A program made the translations under genes and the position numbers. Below, one piece after another: positions 7,896 through 17,658 of a DNA stretch of 64,000 nt; position 1 is the stretch's first letter; each line of letters starts with the position of its first letter. The DNA comes from Candidatus Fervidifonticultor sextus (GTDB lineage: Bacteria > Sysuimicrobiota > Sysuimicrobiia > Sysuimicrobiales > Humicultoraceae), in assembly GCA_031459875.1 (NCBI GenBank), contig JAVKHQ010000004.1, forward strand, positions 32,001 through 96,000, read 5' to 3'. Under the pieces are notes generated by a model. It did not search any database. It saw only the letters and a list, made by a program, of their open reading frames with translations, and was not told where the DNA came from.

Positions 7896-9080
7896 ATGTC
7901 TCGATTCGCAATCCTGCTCGTGGTCGCCGGGCTGGTCCTGGCACAGGTCCCGTCGGGTCCGGCCACCGCTGGCCCAAGTCCGACCCCCACCCCGGGGTAC
8001 CGCGGGCTGGCCCTGACCACGCCCTTCCCCGACCAGACCATCCGTCAGGGTGAACCGGTCACCCTGAGCCTGACCGTTCGCAACTACGGGTTGCCTCCGC
8101 AGGTGGTGGCGCTGAGCGCCTCCCAGCGCAGTGCGGGCTGGAAGGTGACCTTCCTCGGCGCAGGCCGGCCGGTCGGCGCGGTATCGGTGGGCACCGACCA
8201 GGAAGCCTCCCTTAGCGTCCGGCTCGATCCGCCGCAGCGGCCGCGGGCGGGGGTCCATCGCTTCACCCTCGTCGCCCGGGGCCAGGACGCCGAGGCCACC
8301 CTGCCGGTGTCCCTCATCTTCGGCGAGGTGCTGCCGCCGCGCCTGGGCCTGTCGGCCGAACTGCCGACCCTGCGCGGGCCGGGCACGTCCAGTTTCCGGT
8401 ACCGGCTGACCCTGAAGAACGAGAGCGATCAGGATCTGCTCGTCAACCTTGAGGCCCAGGCAGCCAGGGGCTTCCAGGTGACCTTCACGCCGGCGTTTGG
8501 CAGCCAGCAGGTGACCAGCCTCCCGGTCAAGGCCGGGGAGTCCAAGGATCTCGACGCCGAGGTCAGCCTCCCTCAGGGCGTTGCGGCCGGCACGTACGAC
8601 GTCACCGTCCGGGCATCCGGCGGCGGGGCCCAGGCGACGGTCAAACTCACGCTGGAAGTCGTGGGCCGGCCGGACCTGAGCGTCACCACGCCGGACGGCC
8701 GCCTCTCGGGCCGGGCCTACGCCGGGCGGGAGACGCCGATCAAGCTCGTGGTAGAGAATCGCGGGAGCGCGCCGGCCCGCAACGTGGAGATGTCCTCCTT
8801 CGAGCCGACGGGCTGGAAGGTCACCTTCGACCCCAAGCAGATCGACGAGATCCCTCCGCGGGGCAAGAAGGAAGTGACCGCGACGATCCTGCCGGCGGCC
8901 AAGGCCATCGCCGGCGACTACAACCTCACCCTGCGCGCGGGCACCGGCGACACCACCAGTTCTGCGGAGTTCCGGGTCACCGTGTACACGTCGACGCTGT
9001 GGGGTGTCGTGGGCGTCGCCATCGTCGCGGTGGCCCTGGGCGTGCTGGGGCTGGCGGTCTCACGGTACGGACGACGATGA
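7896..9080 (+). CDS. Secreted, C-terminally anchored NEW3-domain protein (COG1470-like) associated with an ABC exporter
   Basis: Signal peptide, three Ig-like repeats (e.g. [16 protein letters not shown]), C-terminal TM followed by RYGRR; GGAGG RBS. Confidence 0.85.
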   Translation: MSRFAILLVVAGLVLAQVPSGPATAGPSPTPTPGYRGLALTTPFPDQTIRQGEPVTLSLTVRNYGLPPQVVALSASQRSAGWKVTFLGAGRPVGAVSVGTDQEASLSVRLDPPQRPRAGVHRFTLVARGQDAEATLPVSLIFGEVLPPRLGLSAELPTLRGPGTSSFRYRLTLKNESDQDLLVNLEAQAARGFQVTFTPAFGSQQVTSLPVKAGESKDLDAEVSLPQGVAAGTYDVTVRASGGGAQATVKLTLEVVGRPDLSVTTPDGRLSGRAYAGRETPIKLVVENRGSAPARNVEMSSFEPTGWKVTFDPKQIDEIPPRGKKEVTATILPAAKAIAGDYNLTLRAGTGDTTSSAEFRVTVYTSTLWGVVGVAIVAVALGVLGLAVSRYGRR

Positions 9081-10012
9081 CGCCGGTTATCGAGACACAG
9101 GGCCTGACCAAGCGATACGGTGCGGTCGTCGCGGTTGTGGACCTGACCCTCCGCCTCCAGGCCGGTGAGGTCTTCGGCCTGCTCGGCCCCAACGGGTCGG
9201 GGAAGACCACGACCATCCTGATGCTGCTGGGGCTGACCGAGCCGACGGCCGGGACGGCTCGCGTCCTGGGGTTCGACCCGCTGCGAAATCCCCTGGAGGT
9301 GAAGCGCCGGGTCGGGTACATGCCCGACTCGGTGGGCTTCTACGACGAACTGACGGCGACGGAGAACCTGCAGTACACCGCGCGGTTGAACGGGATCCCG
9401 CCGGCAGACGCCGGGGCGCGGATCACAGAAGTCCTGGCCCGGATGGGCCTGACACAGGTCGCCCACCGGCCGGTCGCCACCTTCTCCCGCGGCATGCGCC
9501 AGCGGCTCGGGCTGGCCGATGTGCTGCTCAAGCGCCCCGAGATCGCCATCCTCGATGAACCGACGATGGGCCTGGACCCCGAGGCCGCCCATGAATTCCT
9601 CGAGTTGATCCGCGGGTTGAAAGCCGAGGGGATCACGGTCCTGCTGGCGTCGCATCTGCTGCACCAGGTCCAGGCGGTCTGCGACCGCGTCGGCCTCTTC
9701 CACCGGGGACGGATGGTCCTGGAAGGCACCGTGGAAGCCCTGACGACCAGGGTGCTCGGCGGGGCCTACCGGATCCGGGTGGAGGCGCGGCCCGACAACC
9801 TCGAGCGGACGTTCCGCAGCATCCCCGGCGTTGTCGGGGTCACAGCGGAGCGTCCCGGCCTCTATCACCTGGAAGCCCAGCAGGACTGCCGGAGCGAGGT
9901 GGCCCGCCGCGTCGTCTCCGAGGGCGGCCAGCTGCTGGGACTGGGGCTGGAACGGTCCAGTCTGGATGACGTCTACACGCGGTACTTCCAGGAGGCGCGC
10001 AGTGAAGCGTGA
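9077..10012 (+). CDS. ABC transporter ATP-binding protein (ABC-2/multidrug type)
   Basis: [37 protein letters not shown] overlap. Confidence 0.92.
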   Translation: MTPVIETQGLTKRYGAVVAVVDLTLRLQAGEVFGLLGPNGSGKTTTILMLLGLTEPTAGTARVLGFDPLRNPLEVKRRVGYMPDSVGFYDELTATENLQYTARLNGIPPADAGARITEVLARMGLTQVAHRPVATFSRGMRQRLGLADVLLKRPEIAILDEPTMGLDPEAAHEFLELIRGLKAEGITVLLASHLLHQVQAVCDRVGLFHRGRMVLEGTVEALTTRVLGGAYRIRVEARPDNLERTFRSIPGVVGVTAERPGLYHLEAQQDCRSEVARRVVSEGGQLLGLGLERSSLDDVYTRYFQEARSEA

Positions 10013-10988
10013 AGGGTCGCCCTGGACCGGCCTGTGGGCCGTGGTGTTCAAGGAACTCGCGGACAACCTCTCCAGCACCCGCATGCGGCTGCTGGAGGGC
10101 CTGATCTTCCTGACCGCGGTCGGTACGGTGTTCGCGGCGACGCAGACGCTGCGCACCGTCGCCGAGCCGGCGGCCCAAGACCCCGTGATCTTCCTCAGGA
10201 TCTTCTCCCTGCAGGTCCGGCTCGGGGAGGCCGAACTTCCCTCCTTTGTCGCCTTCATGGGGTTCCTGGTGCCGCTGATGGGCATCGCGCTCGCCTTTGA
10301 TTCAATCAACGGCGAGTACCTCCGCCGCACGATGAGCCGCGTGCTGGCCCAGCCGATCTACCGCGATGCTGTCCTCATGGGCAAGTTCCTGGCGGGGATG
10401 GCGACGCTGGCCACCACGTTGACGGCCCTCTGGCTCCTGGTGACCGGGCTGAGCATGGTCCGTCTGGGCGTCGTGCCCGAGCCCCGTGAGGTGGCGCGCG
10501 GGTTTGCCTTCCTGCTCGCCACGCTGGCCTACGGCGGGGTCTGGCTGGCCCTGGCGATGGTGTGCTCCGTGCACTTCCGACAGCCGGCCACCTCGGCCAT
10601 GACCGCGCTGGCTGTCTGGCTGTTCTTCGCCGTGTTCTGGGAAATCCTGGCCGGCTTGATCTTCAACGTTGTCAGCGCCGTGGCCTCAGGCGGCCCGGAG
10701 GCAGCGGATGCGCTGGACCGCTTCCGCCTGTTCCTCTCCCGCCTCAACCCCAACACGCTGTACTCCGAGACGGTCCTCGTGCTGCTGAACCCGGAGATCC
10801 GGACCCTGGGTCCGCTGCTGGCGCTGGTCGTCCAGCTGGAAGCCGCCGGAGCCATCCCCCGGACGCTGCTACCCCTGTCCCAAAGCCTGCTGCTGGTGTG
10901 GCCGCAGGTCACCGGGCTGGTGGCCGCGGTCATTATGCTCTTCGCCGCCGCCTACGTGCTGTTCCAGCGGCAGGAGGTCCGGGCGTAG
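10002..10988 (+). CDS. ABC-2 type transporter permease
   Basis: [34 protein letters not shown], multiple TMs, C-terminal [11 protein letters not shown] start with AGGAGG. Confidence 0.9.
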   Translation: MKREGSPWTGLWAVVFKELADNLSSTRMRLLEGLIFLTAVGTVFAATQTLRTVAEPAAQDPVIFLRIFSLQVRLGEAELPSFVAFMGFLVPLMGIALAFDSINGEYLRRTMSRVLAQPIYRDAVLMGKFLAGMATLATTLTALWLLVTGLSMVRLGVVPEPREVARGFAFLLATLAYGGVWLALAMVCSVHFRQPATSAMTALAVWLFFAVFWEILAGLIFNVVSAVASGGPEAADALDRFRLFLSRLNPNTLYSETVLVLLNPEIRTLGPLLALVVQLEAAGAIPRTLLPLSQSLLLVWPQVTGLVAAVIMLFAAAYVLFQRQEVRA

Positions 10989-11001
10989 GCGGGACTGGCG
11001 C

Positions 11002-12360
11002 CTACGGCTGGATCGCCGCCAGTTCGCGCATGGCGGTCCGGACCGCTTCCTCCGGGTAGGCGTAGTCTTCCAGCCGGCCAGCCAGGTGCGCCTCGTAGGC
11101 TGCCAGGTCAAAGTGGCCGTGTCCGGAGAGGCCGAACAGGATCGTGCGCGGCGTCCCCTCCACCTTGGCCTCCAGCGCCTCATCGATCGCCCGGCGGACC
11201 GCATGAGCTGATTCCGGCGCGGGGATGATCCCCTCGGTCCGCGCGAACTGCACGGCCGCATCGAACACCGTCCGCTGCCGGTAGGCGACCGCCTCCACGT
11301 ACTTGTGGTGGTAGAGCAGGCACAGCAGCGGCGCGTCGCCGTGGTAGCGCAGCCCGCCAGCGTGGATGGCCGGTGGAACGAAGTTGTGGCCCAGCGTGTA
11401 CATCTTGATCAACGGGGTCGTCGCCGCGGTGTCCCCGAAGTCGTACAGGTAGTCGCCCCGGGTCAACGTCGGGCAGGCCTCAGGCTCGACGGCCACGAAG
11501 CGGATCCTGCGGCCCGCAAACTTCTCGGGCATGAAGGGGAAGGCGAGCCCCGAGAAGTTGCTCCCACCGCCGACGCACCCGATAACCACATCCGGCGGAT
11601 CGCCGGCCATCTCCATCTGCTTCTTGGCCTCCAGCCCCACCACGGTCTGGTGCATCAGCACGTGGTTGAGCACGCTGCCCAGGGAGTACTTGGTGTCGTC
11701 GTGTGTGGCGGCGTCCTCGACCGCCTCGCTGATGGCAATGCCCAGGCTCCCCGGCGAGTCCGGCGTCTGCTCGCGGATCTTCCGGCCGGCGTGGGTGCGG
11801 TCGGAGGGGCTGGGCAGGATCTCGGCGCCCCAGGTTTGCATCATGACCTTGCGGTAGGGTTTCTGTTCGTAGGAGACCCGGACCATGTACACGGTGCAGG
11901 CCAGGCCGAAGAGCTGACAGGCGAAGGCCAGCGCGCTGCCCCACTGGCCGGCGCCGGTCTCCGTGGTGAGCCGGCGCACCCCCTCCTGCTTGTTGAAGAA
12001 CGCCTGGGCGACCGCCGTGTTGGGCTTGTGGCTGCCCGGGGGACTGGTGCCCTCGTACTTGTAATAGATGCGCGCCGGCGTGTCCAGCGCCCGCTCGAGC
12101 CGCCGCGCCCGATACAGCGGGGTCGGGCGCCACAGGCGGTAGACCTCGCGCACCGGCTCGGGGATCTCCACGTAGCGCTCGGTGCTGACCTCCTGCATGA
12201 TCAACGCCATGGGGAACAGCGGGGCCAGGTCGGCGGGCCCGATCGGCTGCTTGGTCCCGGGGTGGATCACCGGCGGCGGAGGGACCGGCAGGTCGGCAGC
12301 GATGTTGTACCAGGTCTTCGGGACGTCGCCCTCGGCGAGCAGGATCTTGGTCGGGTCCAT
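11002..12360 (-). CDS. trpB2: Tryptophan synthase beta chain, type 2 (TrpB2)
   Basis: [64 protein letters not shown]. Confidence 0.95.
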   Translation of the reverse strand: MDPTKILLAEGDVPKTWYNIAADLPVPPPPVIHPGTKQPIGPADLAPLFPMALIMQEVSTERYVEIPEPVREVYRLWRPTPLYRARRLERALDTPARIYYKYEGTSPPGSHKPNTAVAQAFFNKQEGVRRLTTETGAGQWGSALAFACQLFGLACTVYMVRVSYEQKPYRKVMMQTWGAEILPSPSDRTHAGRKIREQTPDSPGSLGIAISEAVEDAATHDDTKYSLGSVLNHVLMHQTVVGLEAKKQMEMAGDPPDVVIGCVGGGSNFSGLAFPFMPEKFAGRRIRFVAVEPEACPTLTRGDYLYDFGDTAATTPLIKMYTLGHNFVPPAIHAGGLRYHGDAPLLCLLYHHKYVEAVAYRQRTVFDAAVQFARTEGIIPAPESAHAVRRAIDEALEAKVEGTPRTILFGLSGHGHFDLAAYEAHLAGRLEDYAYPEEAVRTAMRELAAIQP

Positions 12361-12390
12361 ACCGGCACCTCCTCGTCTTCGCAGGGCTCA

Positions 12391-12637
12391 CGAAACAGCC
12401 GGTCTCCATCTGGGACGGAGACCGGCTCCGTGGTGCCACCCGGTTTCCGCGGGCCCCTCGGCCCGCAGCGCTCTCATCCGGTCACGGCGGACGGCCGGCG
12501 CGGCTACTGGCGCGATCGGCTGATCCGCGCCTTGGCCGCACCCCTCGCGGGGCCATTCCGCGCCGCGCAGCGGCTGCCTTCCACCTCAGCAGCTCTCTGG
12601 GCGCCCGCCTGGCGCGTACTCGTCCCGCTCATCGGGC
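12391..12637 (-). ncRNA. T-box riboswitch with a Trp (UGG) specifier, upstream of trpB2
   Basis: Minus strand: GAUGA..GAGUA (GA motif), AGAGAG and GGUGGAA distal motifs, specifier loop GAA-UGG-CCCC (12555-12553), AGUA box, T-box AAACCGGGUGGCACCACGG, antiterminator ACGGAG/CUCCGU, terminator AGCCGGUCUCC/GGAGACCGGCU+GUUU. Confidence 0.92.
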
Positions 12638-12721
12638 TGTAGACTTTTACACTTCGCGCCCATTCGAAGATTTCCTGCCGGCGACGTGGGCGCTGACCCG
12701 GGCTTAGACCATCCTCAGGGC

Positions 12722-14593
12722 TCACCCAACCGATCGGCTGGCCGAGCCATCCCTTTCGTCCCCGGACCGGTCGGCCCCTGGAGAGCCCTCCACCGCCTCC
12801 TCGGCCGGGGCGGGAGCCGCGGATTCCCCCGGCGGGAGTTGTGAGGTGGGCGCGCGTCTCACCCGAACTTGCAGCGATCGGAGTCGGTTCAGCACCGCCG
12901 CCACTTCGTGCCGGCGTGGCATGGCGTACTCTCCCTGTGGCTCTGGCCGCGCAGCCAGCACGGCCAGACCCGCGGTGTCCACATCGGCCCACACGTGATC
13001 CAGCACCTCGCCGACCGTCGCCTCCCCGGTGATGTAGCCTTTCTCCACGGCATAGAGGATGGCGTCCCCTGCGGCGCGCGCCTGCCCGGCGTCGACGAGT
13101 TGGGCCAGCGCTCCCAGGTCCACGCTGTCCCGGCCGATGCTCAACGTGTCGCGGCCCCGCACCTCGGCACGCAGGCCGCGGCCCTTGACCCCGCCCAGGC
13201 CCCTGGGCAGCGGGATGCGGGCCGCCGGCAGGGCAAACGGCCAGGCAACAGGTGGACGGCGCCGGAGACCGGCGGCCAGGCTCCGCGCGCGCTCGGTGGC
13301 GGCGGCCGGCTGATAGCCGTCCATCACGATGACGGTGTCGGCGACCGTCAGGTAGTCACCCAGCCCGCCCGTGGCGATGATGCACGAGATCCCGCAGGCT
13401 TCCCACAGGGCGCGCATCCGGTCCACCAGCGGAACCAGCGGTTCTTCGAGCCTCGGGGCCAGCGCTCGCATGACCTCATCCCGGATCAGGAAGGCGACCG
13501 CGCCCTCGTCTTCGTCGACCAGGATCAGCCCGGTCCCCACCTCGAGGGCTTCCGCAACCGCCGCCGCCATGCTCAGCGCGCCGCTGGCCCGTTCGACCGC
13601 CAGCGCACCGGGGTCGAGGCGGGACGGGAGCCCGCGGATGAACCCGCTTACGTCCACGTGCTCGATGCGCCGGCCGGGCTCGGCGCGAATTGTCACGGCG
13701 TCGGGCAGCGCGGCCACGTACTCGCGGCCGTCGCCCGGCACATGGGGGTAGACCCCGCTGCCGACGGCTGCCAGCAGCGTGGACTTCCCGCTGTAGGAGG
13801 GGCCAGCGATGACGGTCACCCCACGCGGGATGCCAAGCCCCCGCACGCTGCCGCGGTGCGGGAGGTCCACGGTGACGGCCAACTCATCGGGCGCCCGCAG
13901 GGGCACGGCGCGGCCGCCCCGCAGCGGCCGGTCCCCCGGCCCGGATTCCCGCGCCAGCAGGGACCCGTCGGCGAGGAACGCCACGAGCCCCAGCGACGGC
14001 AGGACCTCCCGCAGCGCCAGATAGTCCTCGTAGGTGTCACAGTGCCGCCGGCCGGCGGCGGCGTCGAGGTGGGCCCACACGAGTCCGGCATTCACCACAG
14101 CCGGGAGTTCCTCGAAGAGGAGCGTCTGCGCCGGCCTGGCCTGGACCTTCCGCCCCTCAGCCGGTAGCCCGACGGTCAGCCGGATCTCCACGTAGTCCTC
14201 GGCCACCGTGCAGCAGGTCCGCGCCAGGATCTCCGGTCCGCCGGCGTCGATGGCCAGCGGCGGGGTACGGCCGGACCAGCGCGTGCGCACGTGCCGCCCG
14301 ATCGCCTCGCGCACGGCGCGGCCGAGGAAGTCCTGCACGGCCAGGCGACGGCTCGGGCTCTCCCACAGGTCGCGGGGAATCTGTGCCTCGGCCTGATCGA
14401 TGCGGACGCGCGCCCGGCCGGTCGGCGCCGCGGGGTCCGGTCGGATCGCATCCAGGTACAGCTCGAACCGCTCGAACCGGTAGGCGCCGGCCAGGTCCCG
14501 GTAGACCTGCACGCCCTTGCCGTTCATCACGATCAGTTTGTCGCGCAGACGATCCGATGGGAGCATGGCGACCGTCCCTGCGCCCGGCGTCAT
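12722..14593 (-). CDS. Uncharacterised ABC-class ATPase (ABC_ATPase/COG3044-like family)
   Basis: NGKG...YRDL.G.Y.F, GLVAFLADGSLLARESG..DRP, GIPRGVTVIAG.SYSGKSTLL, GVYPHVPGDGRE, IRAEPGR, VDED, PRRHEVAAVLNRLRSL; start at 14593 or 14566. Confidence 0.85.
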   Translation of the reverse strand: MTPGAGTVAMLPSDRLRDKLIVMNGKGVQVYRDLAGAYRFERFELYLDAIRPDPAAPTGRARVRIDQAEAQIPRDLWESPSRRLAVQDFLGRAVREAIGRHVRTRWSGRTPPLAIDAGGPEILARTCCTVAEDYVEIRLTVGLPAEGRKVQARPAQTLLFEELPAVVNAGLVWAHLDAAAGRRHCDTYEDYLALREVLPSLGLVAFLADGSLLARESGPGDRPLRGGRAVPLRAPDELAVTVDLPHRGSVRGLGIPRGVTVIAGPSYSGKSTLLAAVGSGVYPHVPGDGREYVAALPDAVTIRAEPGRRIEHVDVSGFIRGLPSRLDPGALAVERASGALSMAAAVAEALEVGTGLILVDEDEGAVAFLIRDEVMRALAPRLEEPLVPLVDRMRALWEACGISCIIATGGLGDYLTVADTVIVMDGYQPAAATERARSLAAGLRRRPPVAWPFALPAARIPLPRGLGGVKGRGLRAEVRGRDTLSIGRDSVDLGALAQLVDAGQARAAGDAILYAVEKGYITGEATVGEVLDHVWADVDTAGLAVLAARPEPQGEYAMPRRHEVAAVLNRLRSLQVRVRRAPTSQLPPGESAAPAPAEEAVEGSPGADRSGDERDGSASRSVG

Positions 14594-14633
14594 GGTCGCG
14601 CGGCCGCTGACCGGCCGCCCCGGGGGTGCAGGG

Positions 14634-16007
14634 TCACCGGCTGGACGGGATGCGTGTGGCGGCCAGGCCGAGGCGCTGCCGGGCCCACAGGATGGCGCGC
14701 TGGAGTTGGGTATCCCGGCCCTGATCGAGGTCGGCGCTGGTGAGGGCCACCGGGACATCCGGAGAGACCCCGACCCCTTCCAGCCGCTTCCCCAGCCCCG
14801 TGGCCAGGCGGAGGATGGTGATGCTCAGCGCCGAGCCGTCGGAGAGGTCGTACAGCACGCTCGCCTCGACGGCGCCGCTCGTCTTGGCGCCCAACAGCGT
14901 CGCGCGTCCCTGTTCCTGCAGGGCGGCTGCCAGGAGTTCGGCCGCCGAGGCGCTGCTCTCGTCGATGAGCACCCCAAGCGGCATGTGGGACGGCAGGGCA
15001 GGCACCCCGAAGGTCCGGGTCGTCCTGGTCTGTCCGCCGCGGGTGGTTTCCTGATAGACGGGGCGGCCGGCCGGCAGCAGGCTGTTGAGCACGGTGGTCA
15101 GTTCGTGGAGGTAGCCGCCGCCGTTGGCGCGGACGTCCAGGATCAGCGCGCGCATCCCGTCTTTCAGCATACGCTCCAGCGCCCGGCGGACGTCCACGCC
15201 GGCGCGGTTGACGAACTGGTGCAGGGCCAGATAGCCTACCCCGCCATCCAGCACGCGGGCCTGGAAGATGGCGGGGATCTGGATGGGTGCCCGCATCACC
15301 GACACCGTCTGGGCGTCGGCGCGTCCGGGGCGCTCCAGGGTCAGCGACACGGTGGTACCGGCGGGCCCGCGGATCAGATTCGAGACCTGCTCGACCTGCA
15401 TGCCCGGCGTCGGGAGGTTGTCGACGCGGACGATGCGGTCCAGGGCCTGGAGACCCGCCTCTTCGGCGGGTGTCCCGGGGATCACGTCCCGGATGTAGAA
15501 GCGACCGTCCCTGGGCATCAGCACCACGCCAATCCCTGAGAACGCGGCCTGCCGGCGCTGCTTGAGCTGCCGCTCGCGGTTCTGGTCCGGGGTCAAGAAC
15601 CCGGTGTGCGAATCATGCAACGTTGCGGTCATGGCCCGGATGCTGGCGTACGCCAGGGTCGCGCTGGAGATGCGTCCGCCTCCGGCGGCCAGCGCCGCGC
15701 CGAACCGGCTGCGGAAGGCCGCCTCGGCCTGGTCGACGGGCGTGGCAGCCGGGATGTCGGCCAACTCGGCCTGGAGACCGGCGACCGACAGCGACGACCG
15801 GAGCCCGCCGATGGCGCCGTTCAGGAGCGCGACGGGGTCGACCGGATCGACATAGCGGTCGCGGAGGAGGGCGAGCGCCTCCAGGACCAGGCCTGCCTCC
15901 GGGACCCCTCCCCGCGGCGCCGCCACCAGTGGCACCGCGCCCACCGCCACCACGAGCAGAAGGGCCAGTAGACCCCGGGACCACACCCAGCGTGCCAATC
16001 GAGTCAT
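14634..16007 (-). CDS. ctpA: S41 carboxyl-terminal processing protease with PDZ domain
   Basis: Signal peptide, FSGIGV, GTPAEEAGL (PDZ), LILDVRANGGG, SASAAE, G.GVSPDV. Confidence 0.9.
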   Translation of the reverse strand: MTRLARWVWSRGLLALLLVVAVGAVPLVAAPRGGVPEAGLVLEALALLRDRYVDPVDPVALLNGAIGGLRSSLSVAGLQAELADIPAATPVDQAEAAFRSRFGAALAAGGGRISSATLAYASIRAMTATLHDSHTGFLTPDQNRERQLKQRRQAAFSGIGVVLMPRDGRFYIRDVIPGTPAEEAGLQALDRIVRVDNLPTPGMQVEQVSNLIRGPAGTTVSLTLERPGRADAQTVSVMRAPIQIPAIFQARVLDGGVGYLALHQFVNRAGVDVRRALERMLKDGMRALILDVRANGGGYLHELTTVLNSLLPAGRPVYQETTRGGQTRTTRTFGVPALPSHMPLGVLIDESSASAAELLAAALQEQGRATLLGAKTSGAVEASVLYDLSDGSALSITILRLATGLGKRLEGVGVSPDVPVALTSADLDQGRDTQLQRAILWARQRLGLAATRIPSSR

Positions 16008-16032
16008 CTTCGGCTCCGTTCGGTGCTCCCCC

Positions 16033-16761
16033 CTAGATGGCCGGCCGGAACGGCACCAGCCGGAGGATCCAGGTATTGAGGGCAAACAGCAGGTCGGTCA
16101 CCATGGCTCCGCCCATCACCAGCAGGAACACGCCGCTCGCGGTGGTGATGGTGCGGGCGTTGCGACGCAGCCATCCCATCGTATCAAAGGCGGCGCTCAT
16201 CAGCACCGCCGCCAGCAGGAACGGCAGCCCCAGGCCCAGCGAGTAGGCAAAGAGCAACACCGCGCCATCCGACGCGGTCCGGGAAGCCGCCGCCAGGGTC
16301 AGGACGGCGGTCAGCACCGGACCCACGCACGGCGTCCAGGCGAAGCCGAACGCCATCCCCACGGGGAAGGCCCCGAGCAGGCCCAGGGGACGACCCGACA
16401 TCTCGAACCGTCGCGTGCGGTAGAACCCGGGCACCTTGATGACCCCCAGGACGGCCAGGCCGAGGAAGATGACCACCGCGCCGCCGATGCGCGTCAGCAG
16501 CAGCCGGTTGTCCAGGACCAGACCGCCCAGCACCGACGCCGAGGCCCCGAGCCCGGTGAAGACCGTCGAGAACCCCAGGATGAACAGGACCGTGGCCAGC
16601 AGCACCCGGCCCAGGTGGCGGCGCCGTTGCTCCAGGGACATCTCGACGAGGGAGAGCCCGGACACGAACGAGAGATACCCCGGGATCAGCGGCACGATGC
16701 AGGGGCTCAGGAATCCCAGCACGCCCGCGGCGAACGCCAGCGCCACGTTGACCTCAATCAT
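16033..16761 (-). CDS. ccdA: Cytochrome c biogenesis protein CcdA
   Basis: AFAAGVLGFLSPCIVPLIPGYLS and FGFAWTPCVGPVL cysteine pair; YSLGLGLPF. Confidence 0.93.
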   Translation of the reverse strand: MIEVNVALAFAAGVLGFLSPCIVPLIPGYLSFVSGLSLVEMSLEQRRRHLGRVLLATVLFILGFSTVFTGLGASASVLGGLVLDNRLLLTRIGGAVVIFLGLAVLGVIKVPGFYRTRRFEMSGRPLGLLGAFPVGMAFGFAWTPCVGPVLTAVLTLAAASRTASDGAVLLFAYSLGLGLPFLLAAVLMSAAFDTMGWLRRNARTITTASGVFLLVMGGAMVTDLLFALNTWILRLVPFRPAI

Positions 16762-16866
16762 GGGCGATCCGTCCTCGCTGTATTATGCCACAGGGCGACG
16801 CCTTCCCGGTCCTGCCCGACCCACGCCCCCTCCAGGAACGACGCGCGCGGCGCCGGTGTTCCGGCC

Positions 16867-17658
16867 TCACGGGTGTCGCGCGTCCAACAGCACGGCCAGG
16901 AGGTCGCCGACGCCGATGCCCAGGGTGTCGGCGGCCGAACCCGTGTTGACGGCGATCTCCAGCGTGCCGCCGCTGCCGACGACCACCAGGATCTCCTGGC
17001 CGGTGCCCTCCGCGTAGGTCCGCACCGCCCGCGCCGGCGAGCGGCCACCCGGCAGTTCGAGGGTCAGGGGGCCGGCGACGCCCCCAAGCCAGTGTCCGGG
17101 AATGTTGGTGATCAGGTTGCCGAAGCGGTCGCGGAAGATCACCTGACCTCGCACGGTCCCGCCGACCCGTTCGGGAGGATGCTCCGGCAGTTCGACCGGC
17201 GTCGCGGCCGGCGGTCCGATCTGCTCGAGGGGTAGCCCGCGCGCCAGCGCCGCGGCGGCAGGTGCGAACAGATCCCGGCCGTGGAAGGTCGCCGACATCG
17301 GGTGGCGGGCGAACCGCACCGGGTCGATGGCGAAGGCCCTGGGCTCACCCGCCGCCCGCGCGGCTCGCATGAGGAGGCCGTTGTCCGGCCCCACGAAGAC
17401 GCACCCCCCGGAGCCGACGGCGAGCGCCTGACGCGGGGTGCCCACCCCTGGATCGACCACCGCCAGGTGAATGGTGCCGACGGGAAAGGCCGGAGTCGCG
17501 GCCGCCAGCAGGTAGGCGCCCGCGGCCACATCGTGTGACGGGACATCATGGGTGATGTCCACCAGCCTCGCCCGGCAGGCCGACAGCAGCACGCCCTTCA
17601 TCTCCGCCGGATACGGCGACGACGCGCCGAAGTCGGACAGGAGCGTGATGATCCTCAC
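16867..17658 (-). CDS. SAM hydroxide adenosyltransferase / chlorinase-fluorinase family (DUF62)
   Basis: ITLLSDFG, VDITHDV, HLAVVDPGVGT.R, FVGPDNGL, SATFHGRDLFAP, DRFGNLITN, LEIAVN.GSA; GTG start overlaps the upstream stop. Confidence 0.92.
   Translation of the reverse strand: MRIITLLSDFGASSPYPAEMKGVLLSACRARLVDITHDVPSHDVAAGAYLLAAATPAFPVGTIHLAVVDPGVGTPRQALAVGSGGCVFVGPDNGLLMRAARAAGEPRAFAIDPVRFARHPMSATFHGRDLFAPAAAALARGLPLEQIGPPAATPVELPEHPPERVGGTVRGQVIFRDRFGNLITNIPGHWLGGVAGPLTLELPGGRSPARAVRTYAEGTGQEILVVVGSGGTLEIAVNTGSAADTLGIGVGDLLAVLLDARHP

Noticed and set aside
16867..17658. Fluorinase/chlorinase natural-product gene
   Set aside because: It has the DUF62 hydrolase-type D-R-H signature (VDPGVGT.R, TFHGRD) and no biosynthetic cluster context.
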